From: Octopus sinensis
Lineage: Eukaryota
Assembly (NCBI RefSeq): GCF_006345805.1
Contig: NW_021828298.1
Span: 1-9,363, forward strand
Length of the DNA stretch: 9,363 nt
Reading direction: 5' to 3'
The notes beneath the pieces were generated by a model. That model was given only the letters and a program-made list of their open reading frames with translations. It searched no databases and was not told the origin of the DNA. A program made the translations under genes and the position numbers. Within the stretch, counting starts at the first letter, position 1; every line of letters starts with the position of its first letter. Of the stretch, positions 1 to 7,614 are shown piece by piece.

Positions 1-530
1 GAGACAGGCAAATTTAGAAAATATTCCACAACTGCAAATACACATTTCTTGCCCTATTTAAAAACTTAAGACATAGTATATTGTTTTGCATTTTTTTTTT
101 TTTTTAGGATTTCTTTTTTTTGCTTTGCTTTATTTGATTACAAATTAAAGAGAAAACCATTTAAGAAACCCGATAATTAGAATACTATTTTCTAATGCGC
201 GTCAAATTGAAATTCACAGCGTCTCGTTGTGTTAATTACAAAGAGCTTTGCTGTAATTGGTCTCATATTTAAAATTCATAAACTGTCGTCAAACAAACAT
301 CAATATAGAAGGAAAAACAAAATGAATGCTTGCACTTGTTAAGTGGTATTTTTGTGGGGGTAAGTTTTAGAAAATAACATGTTTTACGTGATCTGTGATT
401 GAGATTTTCAGACCACACTGAATATTACTGTCTGAGATAAACTGATGTTATTAAACCTTAGGTTTGTCTGATAAAATGTATTCCGGCGTTTACCAGCCAG
501 TTGTACTTTTTTTATCTTCGCTCATAGTTT

Positions 531-668
531 CTATTTCTTTATTACCCACAAGGGGCTAAACACAGAGGGGACAAACAAGGACAGACATAGGTATTAAGTC
601 GATTACATCGACCCCAGTGCGTAACTGGTACTTAATTTATCGACCCCGAAAGGATGAAAGGCAAAGTC
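531..668 (-). mobile_element. tRNA-derived SINE family A, 3' fragment (5'-truncated)
   Basis: Reverse complement (GACTTTGCCTTTCATCCTTTCGGGGTCGAT...CCCCTTGTGGGTAATAAAGAAATAG) aligns to 843-980 and 1061-1194; 593-668 matches 1061-1136 at 75/76 nt by manual count. Confidence 0.88.
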
Positions 669-689
669 ATATACATATTTATATATAGA

Positions 690-710
690 ACACACACACA
701 CACACACACA
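690..710. repeat. (AC)n microsatellite with AT-rich lead-in
   Basis: Directly visible dinucleotide run. Confidence 0.95.
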
Positions 711-754
711 TACATTAGTTTCGTCATGACTACATTATCTAATGCAATAGTTCT

Positions 755-980
755 GAGCTGGCAGAAACGTTAGCACGCCGGGCGAAATGCGTAGCCGTAT
801 TTCTTCTGTCGTTACGTTCTGAGTTCAAATTCCGCCGAGGTCGACTTTGCCCTTTTATCCTTTCGGGGTCGATTAAATAAGTACCAGTTACGCACTGGGG
901 TCGATATAATCGACTTAATCCGTTTGTCTGTCCTTGTTTGTCCCCTCTGTATTTAGCCCCTTGTGGGCAGTAAAGAAATA
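755..980 (+). mobile_element. tRNA-derived SINE family A, near full length
   Basis: Head GAGCTGGCAGAAACGTTAGC (A-box-like), B box GAGTTCAAATTCC at 821-833, central GTCGACTTTGCC..CCTTTCGGGGTCGAT block, small hairpins CCAGT-tacgc-ACTGG and GTCGAT-ata-ATCGAC, A-rich end TAAAGAAATA. Three copies occur in the window. Resembles, from memory, abundant octopus SINEs. Confidence 0.88.
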
Positions 981-1194
981 AGAAACGTTAGCACGCCGGG
1001 CGAAATGCGTAGCCGTATTTCATCTGGCGTTACGTTCTGAGTTCAAATTCAGCGGAGGTCGACTTTGCCTTTCATCCTTTCGGGATCGATAAATTAAGTA
1101 CCAGTTACGCACTGGGGTCGATGTAATCGACTTAATCTGTTTGTCCTTGTTTGTCCTCTCTCTGTTTAGCCCCTTGTGGGTAGTAAAGAAATAG
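981..1194 (+). mobile_element. tRNA-derived SINE family A, second copy fused head-to-tail, lacking ~8 nt of the 5' end
   Basis: Starts AGAAACGTTAGCACGCCGGG directly after the previous tail; B box at 1039-1050; ends AGTAAAGAAATAG. Confidence 0.88.
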
Positions 1195-1372
1195 GTTCTT
1201 TATCTTTTTCTGTAGTACTCCCACCTTTTAAGTAGCTGTTATGCCTGGTGCCCACTCAAGTGAAGTATCATGACTAAACTAACTTAACACGGACAATAAT
1301 TTATAAACTTCTCTCTAAAAACAGACTGTATAAGCTTTTAACAGCGAAATGATAAATTAATACAGACAACAA

Positions 1373-1544
1373 TTACTCTTTTACTTATTTCAGTAATTTG
1401 ACTGAGGCCATGCAGGAGCACCGCCTTTAGTCGAGCAAATCGACCCCAGGACTTATTATTTGTAAGCCTAGTACTTATTCTGCCTCTTAGGCCGAACCGC
1501 TAAGTTACGGGGAAGTAAACACACCAGCATCGGTTGTCAAGCGA
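1373..1544 (-). mobile_element. SINE family B, 3' fragment
   Basis: Aligns to 2521-2690 (TTACTCTTTTACTT..CAGT.ATTTGACTG.GGCCATGC.GGAGCACCGCC...GCCGAACCGCTAAGT..CGGGGA.GTAAACACACCAGCA). Confidence 0.85.
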
Positions 1545-1610
1545 ACTTTTAGAGGGCTCAGAAAATGTGAAGGACCTCTGCAATAAGTGTATGAATCTGA
1601 GAGGGAAATA

Positions 1611-2104
1611 TCTTTATATATAAAAGTGAAGTTGTGTGTCTGTCTACTCCGATTTAGATTCCTAACTACTTCCACATTTTGCGGTGCAGTTTAACCAAAA
1701 CCGGGTATCTTATAGTCGTGGTTCATATCGAGCCCTTCTGGGTATTAGCGCGCGTCTACGATGAGTCTACGATTTTAAAAATAATTTAACATCATCTTTT
1801 TCCATTTTAACGCATATTTTTTAAATAAAAGGAAGTAACTCTCTAAAAATGTCTACGATGAGTCAACGATTTAAAAAAAAATTTACCATCATTTTTTTCT
1901 ATTTTAATGCATTTTTTTCGTTATTATATAAGGGAAGTAACTCTCTAAAAATGTCTACGATGAGTCAACGATTTAAAAAAAAATTTACCATCATTTCTTT
2001 TCCATTTTTAATGCATTTTTTGCTATTTTTTGGCTATAACTCTCTAAAAATGCTTTATAGTTATTTCCCTTACAAACCCGAGCAACGCCGGGCGATACTG
2101 CTAG
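1611..2104 (+). mobile_element. Non-autonomous Helitron (Helitron-N), 494 bp
   Basis: 5' TC terminus (TCTTTATATATAAAAGTG...); 3' GC-rich hairpin CCCG(A)GC-AAC-GC-CGGG at 2077-2092, 8 nt before a CTAG terminus (2101-2104); inserted between A1610 and T2105 with no TSD. These are the canonical Helitron hallmarks. Confidence 0.88.
1754..2051 (+). repeat. Three tandem ~100-bp units (97, 102, 99 bp) inside the Helitron
   Basis: Units start GTCTACGATGAGTC at 1754, 1851 and 1953 and end ..TAACTCTCTAAAAAT. Confidence 0.93.
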
Positions 2105-2295
2105 TGTTGAATAAAATCATAATTAACTGATCCTCCTGTATTTCTTTTACCCAAAGCCAGGAATTTTTCAGCACCTTTCGTAATGTTTCTAGACGATGTG
2201 TATCATGGCAGAAATCTTTAGACCGACAGTAGATGAAGAATAAAAGAATCTTTAAAAATTTCACTACTTTTTCTAACAAGTTGAACATCGATATA

Positions 2296-3222
2296 GGGTT
2301 GGTACGATGACCTTTTACGGAAAGAATTTTTGTTGAACGACATTTCACTGCACAATGTTTTATCGAAAAAACAGCGTTTTATCTAGCGTTTGTTTATTTG
2401 CCGAATGATTTTTCATGCAATAGTTTTGTAACTATATTATTTTGTAGAATAATTTTATCTATTGAACTATTTTAAATAGAGAATAATTTCACAGAAATAG
2501 TGCAGATTGTTGTTAGTAGGTTACTCTTTACTCTTTTACTTGTTTCAGTCATTTGACTGCGGCCATGCTGGAGCACCGCCTTTAATCGAGCAAATCGACC
2601 CTGGGACTTATTCTTTGTAAGCCCAGTACTTATTCTATCGGTCTCTTTTGCCGAACCGCTAAGTGACGGGGACGTAAACACACCAGCAATGCTAGGGGGA
2701 CAAACACAGACACACAAACATATACACACACACTTATATATATATATACATATATACGACAGGCTTCTTTCAGTTTCCGTCTACCAAATCCACTCACAAG
2801 GCATTGGTCGGCCCGGGGCTATAGCAGAAGACACTTGCCCAAGATGCCACGCAGTGGGACTGAACCCGGAACCATGTGGCTGGTTAGCAAGCTACTTACC
2901 ACACAGCCACTCCTGCGCCTAATTAAATAATTAAATAATTTTTAGATTATACCTTCTGATGAAATTCTGTTTTTAGCTTCTATCAAAACATTCTATGTTC
3001 AAAATTGTTCAAAATTATTGTGGTGTGTAGGATTTGTGCTATATCAAAAATAATTCTATTATTAAACTTATTTTACAAAATATTATTATTTGTAAATTTA
3101 TGCTGTGATGAAAAATCCCGTTTGCATAAAACGATGTTTAACCAAAAGTCGTTTGACAAACATTCTTTTCGATCTAAGGTCATTCGATGTATTGTACATC
3201 GTGACAAAAGTCGTGTAACGGG
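2296..3222. mobile_element. Candidate old MITE/foldback element with inverted arms built of ~15-bp subrepeats, interrupted by a SINE
   Basis: 2307-2368 aligns to the reverse complement of ~3122-3183 at about 46/63 columns (manual); both arms show ~15-nt periodicity. Termini and TSD are not clean. Confidence 0.45.
2521..2919 (-). mobile_element. tRNA-derived SINE family B, full length (CORE-like; octopus OK/OR-type)
   Basis: Minus-strand head GGCGCAGGAGTGGCTGTGTGGT with A box 2898-2909 and B box GGGTTCAGTCCC 2856-2867; CORE-like ATCTTGGGCAAGTGTCTT; internal (TA)/(TG) tract; 3' AGTAAAAGAGTAAAGAGT tandem tail. Confidence 0.9.
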
Positions 3223-3945
3223 TAGAGGTAGATTCTTTGGCTCGTCTCAGATCAAAGCCGACTTCAAAGAGAGGTTTAAATTCTTCAAGTACCCACTTTT
3301 CCGATAAAAAAAATTCTCCACAAAAGTATATGGTCTGCTTCTTCTCTCTGTTTGAACATAAAATGCAATCCAGAAAAGATTCCTGAAAATGATAACAAGC
3401 ATTCTTCAAGCAACCACGCATGTAAAACCATTTTCAACAGAAACTACGCAAAAACGACATTACATTATCCCAAATATTGAATGTAATTTAATCAGTGCAT
3501 TTATAATTTTATAGTAGGAAAAAGTACTTTCAAATACAATATTTTAAAATTGGTTTTATGATATATTATCAGGCACTTTGGTTTCTTGTTGTCTCTTTCC
3601 AACCTATTTTCTTATAATTTACGAAGAATTCTGGAAGTCTTCCATCCGCCTGAGCATTTACATATTTTTTAAAATTCTAATCACTTCTTTACTTATAATT
3701 TATTTACTTTAGGCTCTAATATAGCTAAATATAATGTCACACGCAGAATTAATAGGTACTTTAGGGTTTGATCTACTTTTAAAAAATGCTGACATGTGAA
3801 TAGATTACGTGTCCTTTATAAAAAGTTTACTCATGACACTGTGCAGTAATGTAGACTTAATTACCCTAATAATATGGTTTAATCCACACACATTTGATCT
3901 TCAATTGTACTGAATTCCCTTTGTGTTTTAGATTGTTCCCCCTAT

Positions 3946-4094
3946 GATTGTCGACGAACGAGGATCCCACAGCTGCGAAGTGATCACAAAGTACGGTGAA
4001 ATGAAGTGTTTTGCTCGAAGCACAACGCACCGCCGGGCCAGGTATCGGAATCAATCATGCGTGTAATACCCTAATCACCTGGCCACGTGGCTTC
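3946..4094 (-). mobile_element. Degenerate, internally deleted SINE related to family C
   Basis: Reverse complement GAAGCCACGTGGCCAGGTGATTAGGGTATT...TGCGTTGTGCTTCGAGCAAAACACTTCATTTCA parallels 7612-7715; the end TGATCACTTCGCAGCTGTGGGATCCTCGTTCGTCG loosely parallels 7887-7916. Confidence 0.6.
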
Positions 4095-4271
4095 ATGGAA
4101 ATATAATCCTTCAAAGGTAATAATTATTTAAAATTATAATTTAGGGTATCTAAGAGATACCAACACGCTGGAAATAGAAGTAAAAACTTGACTCTAAAAC
4201 CCCGTTAATTGTTCATACAGCACCAGGAGAGAAGACAAAGAGAAAATAAACTAGCAAAACATTACTGGATA

Positions 4272-4330
4272 ATTCCAGATCCCGGATTTCTGACTTTGTA
4301 TAAGAAATGCTCTTCCTTCATCAGTGGAAT
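4272..4330 (-). ncRNA. Type I hammerhead ribozyme motif A
   Basis: Minus strand: ATTCCA-CTGATGA-[27-nt stem II region]-GAAA-TCCGGGA-TC-TGGAAT. Perfect 6-bp stem I, intact core, 3-bp stem III, AUC cleavage triplet. Stem II is poorly paired. Confidence 0.68.
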
Positions 4331-4351
4331 ATACACAGATAGCACATAAAT

Positions 4352-4428
4352 ACACACACACACACACACACACACACACCACACACATACACACATACAC
4401 ACACACACACCCACCACACACACACACA

Positions 4429-4494
<66 letters not shown>

Positions 4495-4565
4495 CAACAT
4501 ACGATATACTTACATATACGAACGTATACATACTTATATATGCACGTAATCACACGACCATTTAA

Positions 4566-4617
<52 letters not shown>
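4352..4617. repeat. Compound microsatellite (CA)n / (TA)n / mixed / (TA)n
   Basis: Directly visible. Confidence 0.97.
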
Positions 4618-4620
<3 letters not shown>

Positions 4621-4901
4621 CAACAATTGAGGGTAAATTAATTAATTATTAATCAATTTCACCAAATATTCAGTATGTAAAGGACCATTTAAGGCGAATT
4701 CAAATATTACATTATATAAAAGGGCTTAGTAAAATAAATTACTTTGCCACATACTGAACTCATTAGAAATAGCAGCTAAAAAAAATTTTTTTAGCCATTT
4801 CTAATACTTAAAGAAAATCTCTCTCAGATAGTGTTTGCTCAAACCAACTCACGAAGGTATGGGGGTAAAAACATTAAAAAATCACAAGTGCAAAGGTTAT
4901 T

Positions 4902-4953
4902 TGAGAACGTACGTTTCTAGATTAGTCAAATCGACATTTCTTTCGTCAGCTCA
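4902..4953 (-). ncRNA. Type I hammerhead ribozyme motif B, copy 1
   Basis: Minus strand: TGAG-CTGACGA-AAGAAATGTCGATTTGACTAATCTA-GAAA-CGTACG-TT-CTCA. 4-bp stem I, intact core, palindromic stem III ACGTACGT, GUU triplet. Confidence 0.75.
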
Positions 4954-5460
4954 GAACTCCTTGATCGGATTTGGGAACACTGAAAGTGGGAGCATACCCT
5001 TTTGGCTTCTTATCACCTCCGGAAATCCGCTCGAACTAACAGTGCTAGCAAATTCAAAATATGCAAGCGAAGAATTTCTGCTCTCCCCTTTCCACCAGCG
5101 TGGGTTAAAATTGGCAAACACTATGTTTTATCGTGAAAACCGAAGCAATTAAACAGAGAGAAATGAATTATAATTTCAACAATTGAGGGTAAAATTAATT
5201 AATTATTAATCAATTTCACCAAGTATTCAGTATGTAAAGGGACCATTTAAGGCGAATTCAAAATATTACATTATATAAAAGGGCTTAGTAAGATAAATTA
5301 CTTTGCCACATACTGAACTCATTAGAAATAGCAGCTAAAAAAAATTTTTTTAGCCATTTCTAATACTTAAAGAAAATCTCTCTCAGATAGTGTTTGCTCA
5401 AACCAACTCACGAAGGTATGGGGGTAAAAACATTAAAAAATCACAAGTGCAAAGGTTATT

Positions 5461-5512
5461 TGAGAACGTACGTTTCTAGATTAGTCAAATCGACATTTCT
5501 TTCGTCAGCTCA
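5461..5512 (-). ncRNA. Type I hammerhead ribozyme motif B, copy 2
   Basis: Identical to 4902-4953. Confidence 0.75.
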
Positions 5513-6022
5513 GAACTCCTTGATTCGGATTTGGGAACACTGAAAGTGGGAGCATACCCTTTTGGCTTCTTATCACCTCCGGAAATCCGCTCGAACTAAC
5601 AGTGCTAGCAAATTCAAAATATGCAAGCGAAGAATTTCTGCTCTCCCCTTTCCACCAGCGTGGGTTAAAATTGGCAAACACTATGTTTTATCGGTGAAAA
5701 CCGAAGCAATTAAACAGAGAGAAATGAATTATAATTTCAACAATTGAGGGTAAAATTAATTAATTATTAATCAATTTCACCAAGTATTCAGTATGTAAAG
5801 GGACCATTTAAGGCGAATTCAAAATATTACATTATATAAAAGGGCTTAGTAAAATAAATTACTTTGCCACATACTGAACTCATTAGAAATAGCAGCTAAA
5901 AAAAATTTTTTTTAGCCATTTCTAATACTTAAAGAAAATCTCTCTCAGATAGTGTTTGCTCAAACCAACTCACGAAGGTATGGGGGTAAAAACATTAAAA
6001 AATCACAAGTGCAAAGGTTATT

Positions 6023-6074
6023 TGAGAACGTACGTTTCTAGATTAGTCAAATCGACATTTCTTTCGTCAGCTCA
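6023..6074 (-). ncRNA. Type I hammerhead ribozyme motif B, copy 3
   Basis: Identical to 4902-4953; the array ends 25 nt 5' of it on the minus strand. Confidence 0.75.
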
Positions 6075-6096
6075 GAACTCCTTGATTCGGATTTGG

Positions 6097-6099
<3 letters not shown>

Positions 6100-6135
<36 letters not shown>

Positions 6136-6165
6136 CATACACGCACACACATAAACATACATGCA
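6100..6165. repeat. (TA)n followed by (CA/TA) low-complexity tract
   Basis: Directly visible. Confidence 0.95.
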
Positions 6166-6574
6166 TATTTAACAAACAGATTAATTTGATAATGATGAAA
6201 GGCTCCAGAGAAAAAGAAAAGCAGCTTATCGTATGAGTTAATCATCAGTCTTATAGTTGGAAATAGTTGGAAATGGAACCCGTCCATTTCTAAACAAGAA
6301 AATGACAAAATATAATTGGAAAAATTAGACTAACTTTGTGATCGCCATGTTAATTTAATCAGGCGTCTTGCGTGATTAAGTGTGTAGATAAAAGAGAGGT
6401 ATAATGAGAGGGAGAGAGGGAGAGAAAGAGGGTTTGTGAGTACACTCGAGTGTCCTCTACCATGGTTGATTTTTAAGCTTGTAGCTGTTTAATCATGAGA
6501 TGTTTCAGAATGTTCATAGTTGATTATATAGTCTAATTGTCGAAAACAATTCATATTGAACTTAGTCTAACTTA

Positions 6575-6813
6575 ACACATGACTACATATTTTGTCTTTC
6601 CATGACTGTATTCGACCGATCTCCTGCCTGTTTGTTATTCGCTTTTATAACACTGTTTGTAATGCTTTTCATGAGCCATACTCAGGCTTTATCAAAGCTT
6701 GACTGATTTTTCAGCCAGCAATTTTGGATTCATGAGAATTTTTGCTGACGTCATTCAAAGAATTTGAAGTGTACACACTGAATGTCATTGGTTAGATTTT
6801 TTCTTGACGTCAT
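6575..6813 (-). pseudogene. Possible decayed Tc1 transposase N-terminal (HTH) fragment
   Basis: Frameshifted minus-strand pieces MTSRKNLTNDI..., ..SKIAG*KISQ.., ..NSVIKANNKQAG and AGATCGGTCGA (RSGR with 1 nt lost) loosely follow the Tc1 N-terminal pattern. Weak, by-eye similarity only. Confidence 0.33.
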
Positions 6814-6858
6814 CACTCAATTTGAAAGACCATGTTTGCTAAAACCTGTATGTAAAAA

Positions 6859-7298
6859 GAATCCAGGTTCAAATCGAGGCATCCCAAATCAAGAATGTGA
6901 TTCGAAACGACTCTAACCAATTCTGAAACATGGCGGTATCTTTGTAATGTTATGGGGAGCTGTCACCAGCAATGGTCGTTCTGAGCTGATCGAATGTGTT
7001 GGAACCATAAACTCTGAAAAATACATCTAAATACTTAAGCAAGGACTACATCCGATGTATTTACACGATAACATAACGAAAAATGAATTTTATTCATGGA
7101 AGATGGGGCTCCATGTCCCACAGCGAAAAGGAATCAACAATGGCTAACTGAAAATGGGAACAAAAAGCTTCCTTGGTCGAGCCAATCTCCTGACATGAAC
7201 CCAATTGAAAATCTTTGGAGCATACTAGTTAGAGCAATACGAAAAACTCGACAGAAATCTAAATCTAAAGATGAAATTTTTCGATTGTTGCGTGAAAA
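6859..7298 (+). pseudogene. Tc1/mariner (DD34E, Tc1 family) transposase pseudogene fragment, catalytic region
   Basis: ESRF (6859), KRL*PILKHGGIFVMLWGAVTSNG...GTINSEKYI*ILKQGL, then a frameshift near 7088-7090 to FMEDGAPCPTAK...LPWSSQSPDMNPIENLW, with 34 residues between D and E. Stops at 6914 and 7028; truncated by a microsatellite. Confidence 0.92.
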
Positions 7299-7306
7299 GT
7301 GTGTGT

Positions 7307-7307
7307 A

Positions 7308-7366
<59 letters not shown>

Positions 7367-7367
7367 A

Positions 7368-7422
<55 letters not shown>

Positions 7423-7442
7423 ATATATATATATATATATAT
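7307..7442. repeat. (TATC)n then (TA)n microsatellite
   Basis: Directly visible. Confidence 0.97.
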
Positions 7443-7532
7443 AACCCATTAACTAATAAAAACAATAAAGGACCGAACCAGTGCGTGTGTTTATTATTAC
7501 CAGGCATAATGCCCCCTCCCAAGGTTCAATAG

Positions 7533-7554
7533 TATATATATATATATATATATA

Positions 7555-7592
<38 letters not shown>

Positions 7593-7611
7593 CATATGTG
7601 TGCGTGTGTGT
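7533..7611. repeat. (TA)n / (TG)n microsatellite
   Basis: Directly visible. Confidence 0.95.
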
Positions 7612-7614
7612 GAA

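Larger units (their letters stand above)
4618..6099 (-). repeat. Tandem array of ~560-bp units (2.65 copies, ~99% identical), one hammerhead per unit; retrozyme/Penelope-pLTR-like
   Basis: CAACAATTGAGGGT recurs at 4621, 5177 and 5738; the third copy ends at 6099; both array ends abut (TA)n. The tandem repeat is certain; the retrozyme/PLE assignment is inference. Confidence 0.9.

Noticed and set aside
91-108. T15 followed by AG as a splice acceptor
   Set aside because: The downstream sequence is T-rich with an early stop and no exon evidence; equally explained by a poly(A) remnant.
1849-2130. 93-aa ORF with repeated MSTMSQRFKKKFTII
   Set aside because: By-product of the ~100-bp tandem units in the Helitron; low complexity, no known motif.
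2472-2922. ORFs within SINE B (also 7713-7919 in SINE C and 3866-4054)
   Set aside because: They lie inside SINE copies and are chance open frames.
2956-2962. Plus-strand CTGATGA as a hammerhead core
   Set aside because: No GAAA, stem III or stem I partner at a suitable distance.
3005-3421. Overlapping 100-aa (+) and 107-aa (-) ORFs; faint resemblance of the minus ORF to a Penelope RT C-terminus
   Set aside because: No diagnostic motif, and the region is better explained by the 15-bp subrepeat arm. A blastx or HMM search would settle it.
4145-4161. Short palindrome GGTATCT-AAG-AGATACC
   Set aside because: An isolated 7-bp stem is expected by chance in 9 kb of AT-rich DNA.
4251-4641. ORFs with CV/HT/YI repeats (also 7299-7532, 7453-7701, 7789-8320, 6072-6308, 8770-9021)
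   Set aside because: They are translations of dinucleotide and tetranucleotide microsatellites, which lack stop codons.
5028-5036. B-box-like GTTCGAGCG on the minus strand of the array unit (Pol III promoter?)
   Set aside because: Mismatches the GWTCRANNC consensus and has no convincing A box; the promoter of the array remains unidentified.
4618-6099. CRISPR-like or prokaryotic interpretation of the repeats
   Set aside because: The units are wholly repeated with no unique spacers, and the context is eukaryotic repeat DNA.
4835-6189. ORFs MLKPTHEG.. (4835, 5956) and MASYHLRK.. (5562) in the tandem array
   Set aside because: The first start with TTG and frames change between near-identical units; no RT or GIY-YIG motif is visible; they are antisense to the ribozymes.
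6242-6248. Minus-strand CTGATGA as a hammerhead core
   Set aside because: Not followed by stem II-GAAA-stem III; no stem I pairing.
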